Assembly: GCA_964016885.1 (NCBI GenBank)
Contig: OZ024761.1
Coordinates: forward strand, 21,638,001 to 21,702,000
Reading direction: 5' to 3'
Length of the DNA stretch: 64,000 nt
Source: Eledone cirrhosa
Lineage: Eukaryota
Numbering within the stretch: position 1 is the stretch's first letter; every line of letters begins with the position of its first letter. This document shows, piece after piece, positions 24,464 to 38,110 of the stretch. Both the position numbers and the translations under genes were made by a program. The notes beneath the pieces were generated by a model that was given only the letters and a program-made list of their open reading frames with translations, did not search any database and was not told where the DNA came from.

Positions 24464-24722
24464 ATATTGCGTAATAGATGTATGGTAAACTTTAAGGAAA
24501 CAAGCAAAGAAAAAACAGAGAAGAAAAAAAAGTGTTTTTGACCCAGAGACGAACGAAGTAGCATGTTGTTACAATGCCTATATACATATATATATATAGG
24601 GATATATATGTATATATTTAGACATAGTCACAGATACATATATGAGTGTGGCTACCTTTCACGGTGTGGCTCAAGGAAAAACTTAATTAAGCAAGTAATT
24701 ATTAATCAGAGCTCTATATAAA

Positions 24723-24781
24723 ATTGCAAGTTTGAAGAACAGTTAGATAATATTTTATCTAACTGTTCTTCAAACTTGCAA
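24723..24781. repeat. ~58-bp hairpin
   Basis: TTGCAAGTTTGAAGAACAGTTAGATAA / TTATCTAACTGTTCTTCAAACTTGCAA. Confidence 0.85.
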
Positions 24782-25088
24782 TGAACGTCCATAGAATAAT
24801 GTAGAAATGTCAGGAAAGTTAACTGAGTGATGATATACACACAGCTACATGGAGGGGAATATCAGGTGTAGTGTTGGAGGATTTGTTTACACAATTAATC
24901 CTTAATTCTTTTCCAAAATCTTTATTTTTACGTTTATATGTTTTTTTAAAAATAATAATCTTCCATCAACTGTGTATGTGTGTGTATATATATATATATA
25001 TATACACATACATGTACCATATTAATTGAGTATGTGTGTGTGTGTATATATACACACACATACATACATGCACCATATTAAATGAGTA

Positions 25089-25120
<32 letters not shown>

Positions 25121-25252
25121 CACACACGCTAACAATTTGTTATTACAGTAATCCTTAATCTTTTTCCTAAAATTTTCTTGTTGAATTATTTTTATTTTTT
25201 TAAAAATACTAATCGTCCATTAATTGTATATATATATAACATATATATATAT

Positions 25253-25295
<43 letters not shown>

Positions 25296-25301
25296 TATAT
25301 C

Positions 25302-25605
25302 CAGGGTGTGTAACATGAAGTCAGTGTAGGTTCACCCAAGTGAGCACTCGATGTTTAGGTTCACCTCTATAGCGAGGTGTAGAGCTAGACAGTGTAAATA
25401 TAATAATACAAAGACGATTTGTTACGCCTTCGTGATGTTTATTGATTGGTGACTCGTGTTTCGCTATTGATCAGCTCAAGGTTCGATCTGTATCAATCTA
25501 GCCCAACTCTGGAATCGAAGGCTCATTGGACTTCTGTTATGATGACACCAATATGCCAACTGGAAACTATACATCGAGTGCTCCCCCTGGATGTTACAAT
25601 CCCTA
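25302..25605. mobile_element. Putative hAT-like MITE (internal part also at 30296-30430, minus)
   Basis: Ends CAGGGTGTGTAACAT / ATGTTACAATCCCTA and subterminal GAGCACTCGATGT / ACATCGAGTGCTC; no clear target-site duplication. Confidence 0.5.
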
Positions 25606-26708
25606 AACTATATATACACACATAATCATATGCCACTATTTGGAAATAAAAGTTAACATTTAAAATATTGTTAGATTTTATCAAATTATCACTTTGTTCA
25701 TTGTTGTTTTTTCAATTAACTGATTGTTGTTGTTGTTCTAACTCTTAACATCCTGCAAAGATTTAGCAGAAAATATCTAACAATGTGTTTCATCATCACC
25801 ATTTTATGTCCATATTTCCACACTAGCGTGGGTTAGATGAGTTGGTCTGTTGTGAGCAATGCCAGGTCAAGTGACCACATCTTGTTCATACAGAACTGAT
25901 TTTGGCTTGGTTTCTACAGCTGGATGACCTTCCTAACACCAACCCCATTTACAGTGAGTACTGGGTACTTTTTATGTCACCTACACAACCACTTTACAGT
26001 GAGTACTGGCTACTTTTTGTTGTGACACCTACACAACCACTTTACAGTGAGTACTGGCTACTTTTTGTTGTGACACCTACACAACCACTTTACAGTGAGT
26101 ACTGGCTACTTTTTGTTGTGACACCTACACAACCACTTTACAGTGAGTACTGGCTACTTTTTGTTGTGACTAAGATCGCTGGATAACATCCATGAGTTTA
26201 GCTGGTTTCACTTGGGGACACAGTTCGATCTATTGGAAATGGTTGCTTCTAATAGGACCTGCTGAAAGGAATGTTTAAGGGCACAAATGGCGCCTTTGTC
26301 TGGCTTGCTGGTCTTGGTCTGTCTCTCTAAACATTATTCATATGTGATATGACAAGAAGGCTCACAAGACATTGGTCACCCCAAGGCTATGGTATATGAC
26401 ACTTCCGCAAGATGTCATGCAGTGGGCTTGAACTCAATACCTAATGATTACAAACCAATGTCCTTTACCACTCAGCCATTGTGTTCACCTTTTCAACAAA
26501 CAATATAATAATAACAAAACAAATATTTACACAAAACGGAAAAAAATTTTATTTTCCAAAAATGATTTTTGATTTTTTAAAAATTCTTTATAGTAATTTT
26601 TTTTTTTTTCCAAATATTTAAATAGTAAAATTTTGATGTCAACAAAACGAAGAAAAAAAAAAAAGAATGAATGTATGTGTCTGAGAGAAATAAACATAGA
26701 AGGTTTCT

Positions 26709-26742
<34 letters not shown>

Positions 26743-27933
26743 GTAATAATACTTGGAGATAGATGTGATGATATAATGAGGCTTCTGTTAAAGTTATGTA
26801 GAGACCAGGGATTCTGCAGCAAGTTTAACCAGATTTCAATTGAAAGACACTGCTTATGAATTTTTTCAAATAAATTTTGAAAATAACCAATAATTTGAAG
26901 GAACATAACTTAGCTTTCGCATCATTTTAGATAAATATAAACTATTTAACCCCTTTTTAAAACATTGCCTATGGTTTTTTAAAATAATGAATAATTTAAA
27001 GGAATATAACTTAATTTTGTCAATTTATTCTAGATAAAAATATAAAGTTTTTAACCTTTTTTTTAAACCATTTACCATTGAAAGACTGCCTATGATTTTT
27101 CCAATAATTTTGAAAGTTATCAAACATGATGGAAATGTTTTAGATAAATGTAAACACTTAATAGAGAGTATTTATTATTTTTAAGTTAAAAGGTTGTGGC
27201 CAAGGTTCGGTGTATATATTAATTATAGACAGACTGTTGGGTATATAACATTGTGTATATATTATGGTAGACAGACTATTGGGTATATAACATTGTGTAT
27301 ATATTATGGTAGACAGACTGTTGGGTATATAACATTGTGGTAGACAGACTGTTGTTATGGAACATACTCAACATTGAACACCAAAAAATGTGGTCATAAG
27401 TTGTTCTGAACCTGTGGTCTACAGAGCCCCAGGAGGGGGGGAGAAGTATGCCTATCAACTTTAAATAGACCTTTCAAAAGCCTGAGGGATCCCTGGAAAA
27501 AATTGATTAAAATAAACGGAGGAGGTGGAGAAGTCCTCAGTGAAATGGTAGGGATCCCTCTGCCCTGTGGTTTGTCCTAACCAAAACTGCCCTCAAGTTA
27601 CAGACACCATAAACCTTCTGAGGGAAGAAAAAAACCCAATGTAGATAATGTATTCCGAGGTGCAGGAATGGTCATGGATGGAATAGTTTGTATATATTTA
27701 TTTCTTCTCATTCATAGCTCTGCTTAATCAAGGTTGTCCTGGGGCTAAATAACAACAATAGTAGCAGCATTCAACTCTTAAGATTTCACCGGATTTTTCA
27801 CAACTGTAACTGACTAGACTACCACTACCTTCCCCTTAAACGTGGTCAACCTTTTCTTATGTTACCATATTTTTAATGAAAGACACTGTCTATGTCATTA
27901 CCATATTTTTAATGAAATACACTGTCTATGTCA

Positions 27934-28349
27934 TTAACCCTTTCATTACCATATTTTTAATGAAAGACTGTCTATGGTTTTCAAATAATCAAGAATTCTG
28001 AAGGATTTAGTAAAATAATAAAATTTCTCATTATTAAGCAGGTATTTGGAACAAAACAAAGGTTTTTACATAACATTATTACGGAAGGGTTTTAGTTAAA
28101 TATAAACATTTTAATCCATTCATTACCATATTTCTTTGATAGTTCTATGATTTTTCAAATAATTAAGAATTTGGAGGGATTTAATAATATGACTAATTTT
28201 CTTCTTATTACACTAGTGTTTGGAACTTAAAGGTTCTGAGATAAAATTATGATGGAAAGATTTTTATATAAATATAAACACTTTAAAATAAATAGTTTTA
28301 TATCGTAGAACCAGTTGTAATTGCAGGTGGTTTGATATCAAAAGAGTTA
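27934..28349. mobile_element. piggyBac-like MITE with internal duplication
   Basis: TTAACCCTTT...AAAAGAGTTAA termini; degenerate tandem relatives at about 26825-27160. Confidence 0.6.
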
Positions 28350-28756
28350 AATACCCACTCGCTCTCTCTAACTTGCCAATAAAGGCAAACAGAAATAACA
28401 AAACAAACGACACAGTACAATGAAGAAATATATTAGTTTTATGCTTGATATAGTAGGAAAAAAGTCTAATCCTTCATCAGAAAATAGAATGAGAAAGTAA
28501 AGAAGAAATAGAAAGATTGGAAAACTGAAGATGCTGGCGTTTTGTGTATAATATATATATTGCAAGATTAAAAGAATACCTGGAATCGAGCCATTTATTA
28601 TCTTTAAAGTAATTCATTCCATTCCTACACCAACCATGAGATACCACATCTACAATGGATGACTTGCAGAGTGTTGAGTGCTTTTGCTTATTGCATCATG
28701 ATTTGCTAACTGGAATGACCAGATCTACCCATTAGTTAAGCCACCTAACTTAAATC

Positions 28757-28788
<32 letters not shown>

Positions 28789-29460
28789 CTAGAAATTATA
28801 ATTGCTGTCTCTTATGGAATGTTAAGCCATAAAGAACTATAGAATGATAATAGAAAATTCGAAAAACCCAAAAGCCACAGTAGTTATATAATAATTAACA
28901 CTTCATTCTCACTCTTTCACTCACAGATACTCTGCAAATTTAATTGTACAAACATCTATCTACAGTTCCCACTAAGTCAAAGAATGGAAGAACAAGTAAG
29001 TGTCATGTTATAATTTTTTCTGTTACCTATTACTACATACATATGTGTATAATATATATATTATATCATCATTTCATTTTACGTCCGCTTTTCCCTGCTT
29101 GCAAGGGTGGGACGGGAACTGATTCTGGCTTGATTTCTACAGCTGGATGCCCTTCCTAACACCAACCTCATTTACAGTGAGTGCTGGGTGCTTTTTTGCC
29201 ATGGCACCTGCACAACTACTTTGCAGTGGAATGATATGGACCCCAGTCCCTATCATCTCATTTCTACAGCTGAGTAAACTGAAGCAATGTGAAATAAAGT
29301 GTCTTGCTCAAGGAAACAACACATCTCCCGGTCTGAGAATTGAACTCACAACTTTTCGATTGCAAGCCCAATGCTCTAACCACTAAGCCATGTGCCTCCA
29401 TATACATATAAAATACAAAGAGGCAGGCTGTGTAGTTACTGTGAACAAAGTGTAAGATGG

Positions 29461-29580
29461 TAATAGGGACATAAGCAAGAGTAGAAAAGTAGCCCTTCAT
29501 CAACTGTTTACTGCGGGGATAGAGAGAGAGGTAACAGCTGATGAAGGACTACTTTTCTTCTCTTGTTTACGTCCTTATTA
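29461..29580. repeat. Imperfect fold-back ending at (TA)n
   Basis: TAATAGGGACATAAGCAAGAG..CCTTCATCAACTGTT pairs with AACAGCTGATGAAGG..CTCTTGTTTACGTCCTTATTA. Confidence 0.75.
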
Positions 29581-29796
29581 CATATATATATATATATATA
29601 CCCATTAAAATATGTTACCAAACACTATTGTTTATATCATAATTTAATCAACAATTGGGTCAATATGAAGTCTTTAAAAACATACAATGAACGGGAAATC
29701 AAAAAACTCTAACATCACAAAAATGTGTAAAAAATACTGCCCTAGATCTGGCGATGTTACTTCCCTTACATTACAGTTGTTTGTCAACACACCATT

Positions 29797-29832
<36 letters not shown>

Positions 29833-30431
29833 AGCAATGAGTTATTTGTTTTGTTGATTATTCAACAGATTTCTTCTGGAGTATAATGTTCATATGTAGA
29901 TATGTCATTATCTTTAAACCAAATATTGTATTTTATCTGACGAAAGCATACCAAAATACTGGTACCCTTATATGTATAATAAAATTAAATATGGTTTTAT
30001 AAAGATATTTTCCATTTATTAATATTATTGATATATATATATATATATATATAGTAATAATAATAAATGTGAAGACTATATATTAGATAGTGAAATAGAG
30101 CTTCCGCCGTCTAATTAAGTAAATTAGTCTAATAGTTGGAGTTATAAAACCCCCTGATTGTACAAAGGATGAGTTTTGACGTCACTAGACACGGACCCGC
30201 ATTTTTGACTACCATGACCACTGTGCTAACCATTACACCAATACGTCACTAAGCTCTGCATCTTATATATATGTATATATGTATATATATACCAAGAAAG
30301 GTGTGACGAGCCGGGGATTACAGAGTCGGACTAGATCGATACAGATCGAACCTTGAGGTGATCGGTGGCGAACCGTGCCTCACCAACCAATAAACGTAAT
30401 TAAGGCGTATCCACTCATCCTTGTGTTATTT

Positions 30432-30477
<46 letters not shown>

Positions 30478-31582
30478 AGTAATAATAAATGTGAAGACTA
30501 AAATCCGAAGCAGGCACGATAAGGATATATATATTTATATAATTATATATATATATATAATTTTTTTTTTTTTTGCTTAAACTTTAATCTGTTCTTATAA
30601 TATATATATATATATATATAGAAGAAATTAAAAGATGGTTAAAAAACCATCTTTTAATTTCTTTATATATACTCCAGTTCTACCAACTGTTGAGTGCTAC
30701 TTAACTGATATATGCATAGTTTTATTGTTCTACAATATTACTCACCTCCTACATATATATATAGCAATGTGAGATATCTAACCATACTGCCACACCCAGG
30801 TTCCTCAATGTATTTCTCATATAAGTACATATTGAGACACTTCCCTATAATAATAATAATGGTTTCTGATATAGGCACATGGCCAACAATTTGGGAGGTG
30901 ACGGGAGAAAGTCAATTAAATCGACCCCAGTACATTACTGGTACTTTATTTTATCGACCCCGTAAGGAAGAAAGGCAAAGTTAACCTCAGCTGGATTTGA
31001 ACTGAGAACAAAGAGCTGAGACAGACGCCACAATCTGTTTTGTTGGATGCTCTAACAATTCTGCCAAAAAAATAAATAAATAAATAAATAAATAAATAAC
31101 GACCCCCAAGTTTCATTTAGCACCCCTTTTTTCCTGCCACTATATCATCAGAACTTTTCTTCCAGAATAAAAAGAAATATATATATATGTATATATTTAT
31201 ATTATTATCATTTGAGATTCAGCATTTTGGGGGTTTTTTATGTCGTCTTTTGTTGTTTTTTTCTCTATTGTATTTACTATAAAAGACCAGTTTCCGCACA
31301 TATCCGTCTGACCCATGCTAGCGTGGAAAATGAACATTAAATGGTGATGATGATGATGATGATAATATATATATATATATAGAGAGAGAGAGAGGACCTG
31401 ACTCTTTTCCTATTACCCACTCTACTACCCTAAGTATTGAGTACTCTGGTGCGTTATGGTCCACCTAGTATCTTACCACACTTTCTTTGTTATATATAAT
31501 AAAGTGGTGCTATGTTTTTTTTATGTACATGGATGGAAACATCAATGTTGTTTAATCCTAGAGTCACTGGATGTTTCGTGTG

Positions 31583-31970
31583 ACACAACACTACACCCTC
31601 ATCCAGGTGGGGTCACAACACTACACCTTCATCCAGGTGGGGTCACTACACTACACCCTCATCCAGGTGGGGTCACAACACTACACCCTCATCCAGGTGG
31701 GGTCACAACACCACACCCTCATCCAGGTGGGGTCACAACACTACACCTTCATCCAGGTGGGGTCACAACACTACACCCTCATCCAGGTGGGGTCACTACA
31801 CTACACCCTCATCCAGGTGGGGTCACAACACTACACCCTCATCCAGGTGGGGTCACTACACTACACCCTCATCCAGGTGGGGTCACAACACGACACCCTC
31901 ATCCAGAAGGGGTCACTACAGTACACCCTCATCCAGAAGGGGTCACTACAGTACACCCTCATCCAGGTGT
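31583..31970. repeat. 30-bp minisatellite (ACAACACTACACCCTCATCCAGGTGGGGTC)
   Basis: About 13 tandem copies. Confidence 0.95.
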
Positions 31971-32854
31971 GGTCAACTGAGTCCAAAGTGGCATGGCATA
32001 CTACTGACCTGACTCAGATTGGTCACTTTTCTTCAGCCAGGAAAAGAGAGAGAGAGAGAGTGAGAGAGAGAGAGAGAGTGAGAGAGAGTAAGTAAGGAAA
32101 CAGTTTTCATAATATAATTGTTGATCCCCCCCTCTACTCCACCTTCTAGAAACTTCCCGTTAATTCTAGCTGCAGAGTTTTTGTCAAACTAATAATGTTG
32201 TAAAAGAATCATTCAATTGAAAATATTTTCTGAGTGTGAGTGTCTATATGCTGATGAATGTATGTATATAAATATATATATACACACACATATATATATG
32301 TCTGTGTCGGACCTTGTATTCCAGTTGATTTGAGCAGCAAAACTGCCCGTAAGATTAACATGCAAGTGGCTGAGCATTCCACAGACATGGATTGGAATCT
32401 CTAGATTGTGCTATATATATATATATATATATATAGTCATGTATTATTAATTTTCATTAAGTTTCTTTTAAGGGCTGGTAATAGAGCCCCCAAATATTTT
32501 CTAGCCCAGCCAGGGCCTTTAGTTGCTTTAATCTGGTCCTGTGTGTATATGTGTGTGTATGTGTATAAAAATATATACACCATCTCTCCATATTAGTTTT
32601 ACATGATGTGGGATATTTTTAAAACCTTTTTCTGTAAACAGAAGCAGACATTCTTTGGATGTTCCAGAAACAATAAAAACAAACAAAAATATATGTACAA
32701 AAACAAGTATTTCTATGTATATTATATATATATGTGTGTGTATATATATATACAAACTCACACATGCACATATATATATATATACATTCTCTTTTCTTTT
32801 TTTACAAAAATAGAAATAAATAAATAAAGAACTCTAAAAAAAAAAAATGGAAAA

Positions 32855-33513
32855 CTAAAAGAAAAGGTTTGTGTGTTGGTCCCAAAAATGACACACACCC
32901 TTCTGGGAATTGGGGGTAACTGAGACAACACGGTCCTCATCTTTGGGAACGAGTTGGGCCAAAGGGGACCTTTTGGTTATTGTCACGAATATGTCACTCC
33001 ACAAGAGACTCAGATCAGCTCCTTCGTCACCGCTTGTCATTGGTTTTCTTGTGGACAGTTCCCTGTGTAAATTATTGCTGCTAGAACACAGAAACGACCA
33101 GCTAGGTTTCCCCTTGTTGTTGTTGTTGTTGCTGCAACTGTGGGCTGTCTGCAATGTTCTTGGAAGAGATACCAAATAATATAACGGAACTTTGGCATTT
33201 TGTAACAGTTTCTCGGTACGACACATTTTAATATCAGATGCCATCTCGCTGACAATATTGGCATTACTCTTAGTATTACTGCCGGTCTTAGTATTACTGC
33301 TGGCCTTGGTATTACTGCTGGTCTTGGTATTACTGCTGGCCTTGGTATTACTGCTGGTCTTGGTATTACTGCTGGCCTTGGTATTATGTTGTGTGTAGAG
33401 TTTCATAGCTTCTTTTAGTGTCTTTGGTTTTAACTTGAACATCTGGCCAATATGTTTGGCAAGGATGTTTGTTTTGTCTTTTCCTGTACCACAGAAAGGG
33501 CGACAAACTTGTC
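32855..33513 (-). CDS. Neurotactin-like / type-B carboxylesterase family protein, last coding exon
   Basis: TTCCAG acceptor at 33515-33514, phase 1, in frame with ORF 32855-33442; contains EMASDIKMC and terminal CHFW motifs, plus an 18-bp coding repeat. Confidence 0.75.
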
Positions 33514-33807
33514 CTGGAAATATACAGAAGATAACAAAAGTTTTAACCTTTCCATTGACATCAAATTATCGTTTTTGTCTCCCCACCCAAGCAAGGCAAT
33601 AATGCCACTAAAATGTAATGGGGGGGGGGGGGGGGCTGAGAAGAGAAAAGGACAAAACTGAGAGAAGATAATTGAAAGAGAGAGAGAAAGAGAAGATAAT
33701 TGAAAGAGAGAGAGAAAGAGAAGATAATTGAAAGAGAGAGAGAAAGAGAAGATAGTTGAAAGAGAGAGATGGAAGGTTGTGATGGTGACAGAAGGTTTAA
33801 TACTCAC

Positions 33808-33879
33808 CGATAAAAACAGGGACAGTGGGTAGTAAAGGGTTGGATAGTTCACTCTCGTCATCAGGGAACAACGTTATTT
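33808..33879 (-). CDS. Neurotactin-like protein, 72-nt exon
   Basis: TTTCAG acceptor and GTGAGT donor, phase 1/1; EITLFPDDESELSNPLLPTVPVFI-G matches the VPxxIG strand of carboxylesterases. Confidence 0.78.
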
Positions 33880-34457
33880 CTGAAAGGAACACAGTATAAA
33901 AACAGGTTAGAGGATTCAGATGCAGAAATGACAGTGGATTGGGACATGTGGAGTGTGTAGGGGATGGGGGAATCATGAAAACAATGGAAGGTTTAAAAGA
34001 TGAAAACTCACAGTAGGTAACAAGAGGATTGTGGCGGTGTTGAGTATACGCCTTGAGAAGTTGCAAAACGAGTAAGCACCACCAAGCCTCGATAGTTAAA
34101 TACCTGTCCCGTGGTTGATAAGGTAGCACAGAGATTTACCGCAAGACACGAGCCAGACTAAACGTCAGAGGCAAGTCGAGTCAGTTTTAAAGTTTATATT
34201 GGACACCTGGCTATCGTCACCTCCACCTCCCGTGTTAAAACATCAGACAGGACAGCTTCTAGCTCCTGAGTTGGATACCATACAGCTCGGTTACGTTAAC
34301 TTTTCGCACCACTTTTTTGGTCTAATCAGTCTTCAACCTGCTTCCCTGAAACAAGAGACCACCAATGCCTTATATCGACTGAACCAATCAACAACAAATG
34401 AAATATACTTGAAGGAATTAAAAACCACACAAATAAAACTGCTTCTCTCTTACTTAC

Positions 34458-34830
34458 CATCAATAGCCAACGCTAGGTTTTGGTGGTGGTGGTACTGCTG
34501 TTGGTTGTTTTTGTTGTTGAGGTGGTGGTGGTTATGTGGATGTAGGTACTGTCTTAGCTCTCCATCGAGTGGAATTTCGTTCACTGGTTCACTCACAGCA
34601 AAGCTCTTGAGTAGTTCGCTCCCATCCAGTTTCCTCAAGCACTCGATGTCCTTCTGGCAAGTGGTCTGTGACAAAGCTTCGTCGTTGAGGTCCTTCACAT
34701 CGTCTAATGGTCTAATGGGCAGTGATGCAGGATCAATAGCTAGCAGTCCTTGGAACAGGTTCCTTGATTTCGGGCTTCTGAGTAGACCTGACATGGTCTC
34801 TGTGCCACTTGACTCACCATACACAACTAC
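34458..34830 (-). CDS. Neurotactin-like protein, exon with GESSG elbow
   Basis: TTTTACAG acceptor and GTAAGT donor; VVVYGESSGT...SPKSRNLFQ...CQKDIECLR...LAID. Confidence 0.88.
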
Positions 34831-35419
34831 CTGTAAAAAAAAACAAAAAAAACACTAGGTCAAAACTAGTCATCACCATCATCGTCATTAGGATTGGTAG
34901 AGGGTCGGACATCATGTTTTCCAACATAGAGTTATAGCCCTTGCTATTCTGAGTTCAAATCCCGCCGAGGTTAACTTTGCCTTTCATCCTTACAAGGTCG
35001 ATAAAATGTACCAGTAATGTACTGAAATAATTGCTGGCCTTGTGCCAAAATGTAGAAACAATTATTTATATGTCGACTTGTTCATGCTGACATGAGTTTG
35101 ATGGGGCTACTTATTGGGGCAATGTTTTACAGCCAGATGCACTTCCTCACTTACACTAACCCTTTTAGTCCCTTCTTCTGGCATGCAGGGATATTGTGTC
35201 CCTATTCTAAACCAGATAACACCACATCATATTTTATAAGGACTTAAACAACATCAACAAGGTCATTTTCCCTCATAATACCCAGACTAACACTGTAAAC
35301 AACTGGGTAACATGCCACATGGTCTAGGTATTAAACCAACGACCCCATAATACCCAGACCAACACTAAACCACCGGGTAACAGAAAGAAAATATTTTAAA
35401 ATAATTGAAAGAAACTTAC

Positions 35420-36382
35420 AGAGTTTGGATCTCCGTTGAAATATTCGATGTTTTCTTTAATCCATTGTAAAGCCAAGATTTGATCCATAAGGCCATAATT
35501 TCCAGATATCTTTGTCGATGTTGTATTTTCCTCATCAGAATCCATCGCCAGGAAGCCAAACACTCCCAGTCTATAGTTGACGCTCACCAACACGGCATCA
35601 CCTTTCGATTTTAACTGACGGAGCAGTTGAAACTGTTTCCCACCAAAGTTATCTCCTCCTTCTTCACTGCCGCCAAAGTCCTGTCCTTCGCCTTGCATCA
35701 CAACAACGACGGGCAGGATCTTTGAAGTTGTTTCTTTGAGAGATTGCCGTGGTAACCAGATGTTGAGGTAGAGGCAGTTTTCTTGACCGATTATTTCACC
35801 GTTTCGGAAGTTTCGTTGGGTACACAAAATGGAAGAGCTGGCCGCACCACCACGACCACCCCCACCCCCACCAGCTTGACCTTTCTGGTGGCACTGTCCA
35901 GAAGACGAGACGATATTAGGAATTGGTTGGTTCCATCTCTGACTCCCCATGGGGGGTACAGCATAAGGTATCCCCCGGAAGACAAAGTTTTTGCCATCAC
36001 ACTCCCCGTTGACCGGTCCGCAGGTAGTCTTGACAATCAGAGCCAAGTCATCGTTGGACTCCTTCACCTGTTTCACAATGTTGGTGGTTGCGATAATGGT
36101 GATGCAGAAGAGAGCCAATACTACCAGTATAACGACGGAGAAGAGGAAGGTGGCTTTCTTGGAGCGCCAGTAATGTTGTTGAGTACAGTGGTACGGGTAG
36201 TCAAGGTAGAGGGACTGTCTTGGCAACAGCTGGTCGTAAGCGGTGTCCTGAGATACTATCACAATGGTGGGTAACTGGTGATGTGGCCTAGGCCTTGGAA
36301 CTTTCTTCGGTTCCTCAGGAACGGAGTTTTCTGAGGATACATCATCCACGTTCGGTTCTCGTGTTATCAGATTAGGTGCCAT
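35420..36382 (-). CDS. Neurotactin-like type II membrane cholinesterase-like protein, first coding exon (spliced product ~688 aa)
   Basis: Hydrophilic N-tail, transmembrane segment FLFSVVILVVLALFCITIIA, then FRGIPYAVPP, ENCLYLNIW, VSVNYRLGVFGF and GNYGLMDQILALQWIKENIEYFNGDP; GTAAGT donor at 35419. Probable exon acceptor at 36665-36664, leaving a 5' UTR segment. Confidence 0.9.
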
Positions 36383-36916
36383 GTTGTTTTGGAAGGTTTC
36401 ACGTTCGTTTATATAAATCAATTTCTTTTTGTCTTATTCAATTAGCAACTTTCTTTGTATCTCTCTTTCTCTTTGTCTCTCTCTCTCTGTCTGTATGCTG
36501 ACTGACTGTCTCTCTCTCTTTCTCTGTCTGTCTGTCTGTCTGTCTGTCTATCCAACTACTTTGAAGGAAGGAAAAATACTTTTTCTTTCACTGACGACAA
36601 CCCACTTCCATGTAGAGTAGAAACGCTTCACGGAATCTTAGCGCTTGTGTCAGCTGAACAAATCTGGAAAAAAAAGAATGGAAAAAAAAGGCATGATAAA
36701 TATAGCGATATATATAACATATGCACACACACACTTATCACCATCATCATCATCACTATCATCATTCACCGTCCACTATCCCTGCTACTAAGAGTTGGAC
36801 ATGTGTTCAGAGACTGAAGAGGATCTACTGACATCCCGGCAGCCCACATCCTTGTTTACATATGGTTCCACACTCTACCAAGTTCATTTTATCATGGCAC
36901 CAGCACACACATACAT

Positions 36917-36973
<57 letters not shown>

Positions 36974-37226
36974 TGACTGTAGGAGACACGGTGAAAAGGC
37001 TGCCAGTCCACACTGTAAATCTGGTTGGTGTTAGGAAGGGCATCCAGCTGTAAAAAAAAACCTGCCAGAGACACTTCCGTACGAGCAAGACATCATCTCC
37101 CGACCAATCCCGCATCAGATGGAACAAAACCGTCTAACCCATGCTAGCATGGAAGATGGACGTTAAACGATGATGATGATGTAATGGAAGCTACCTCGGG
37201 GTTGAGTATAGCCATTGCTGGTATTT

Positions 37227-37545
37227 TCAAACACACTTATGAATGTGTGTAGCACATATGTGACTTTTTAAACCAGCAAGAGTCCTACATTCTCTGGCAC
37301 AGATGTTACAGACATGGTCGCAACAGGAAGCAATGGCTGGTTGCCATGTACTTACATGAACCACCTCAGGCCTCCTGTTGACTTTACCACATTCATGGTA
37401 GATTGTTATAATTAGGATCACCTCTTTTTTACATAACTCCTTTTTTCTGACCCTTTAATCCAGCTTTGCTGAGGCAGGGCAGGCTCTCCCCCACTCATTG
37501 TATGCCAGTTCTCCATGGTCTCCCATGCTTCTTCATAGCAATTAC
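37227..37545 (-). mobile_element. Degenerate RTE-type LINE 3' fragment with C2H2 finger
   Basis: HVCNICARECRTLAGLKSH motif; a similar [17 protein letters not shown] occurs at about 62733-62785 (+). Confidence 0.55.
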
Positions 37546-37842
37546 ACTTATATATATATATCATCATCATCATCATCATCGTTTAACGACCATCTTCCAC
37601 GCTAGCATGGGTTAGACGGGAGTTGTCCCAATTGAGGCAAGATTGGTCGGGTGACCGTGTCTCGCTTGTATAGGACTGTCTGGCGGGTTTTCTACGGCTG
37701 GATGCCCTTCCTAACACCAGCCACGTTTACAGTGTGGACTGGGAAGTTTTCACCGTGTTACCTACACGGCCACATTACAGCGTGGACTGTGTGTTTTTTT
37801 GTCGTGACACCTACACGACCTCATTAGTTTGGACTAATGCCA

Positions 37843-38107
37843 TCTCAAGAAGAGGAAACTGGCATGGTTTGGCCATGTGACATGACATGGCAGCCTGTAC
37901 AAGACCATCATGCAAGGCAGTGTTGAAGGTGGATGCAGGAGGGGACGCCAATGCAAAAACTGGTTGGACAGTGTCAAAAAATGGACACAAATGACGGTAC
38001 CAGGTCTGTTGACAGGCGCTGCTGATAGACTATTTTGAGTGTGTGTTACTTCTGAAGTAGGATCCCTGCGACTACAGAAGTCAAGGGACTGATGATGATG
38101 ATGATGA
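37843..38107 (+). mobile_element. RTE (BovB-like) LINE 3' fragment
   Basis: LKKRKLAWFGHVT*HGSLYKTIMQGSVEGGCRRGRQCKNWLDSVKKWT...AADR followed by a (GAT)n tail. Confidence 0.85.
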
Positions 38108-38110
38108 TAT

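Noticed and set aside
25309-25598. Solo LTR (TGTAACA...TGTTACA)
   Set aside because: No 4-6-bp direct TSD, and the inverted match extends outward to CAGGG/CCCTA, which favours a TIR element.
28440-28490. Minus-strand CTGATGAAGGA...TCCT as a hammerhead
   Set aside because: No GAAA or NUH after the putative stem II.
29538-29580. CTGATGA in fold-back arm as a hammerhead
   Set aside because: No closing stem II or GAAA follows before the (TA)n; at most a truncated 5' half.
33514-33607. Alternative acceptor at 33609-33608 (ORF 33430-33861) for the esterase-like gene
   Set aside because: Joining it to the phase-1 donor at 33808 gives an early stop; the 33515-33514 acceptor keeps the frame.
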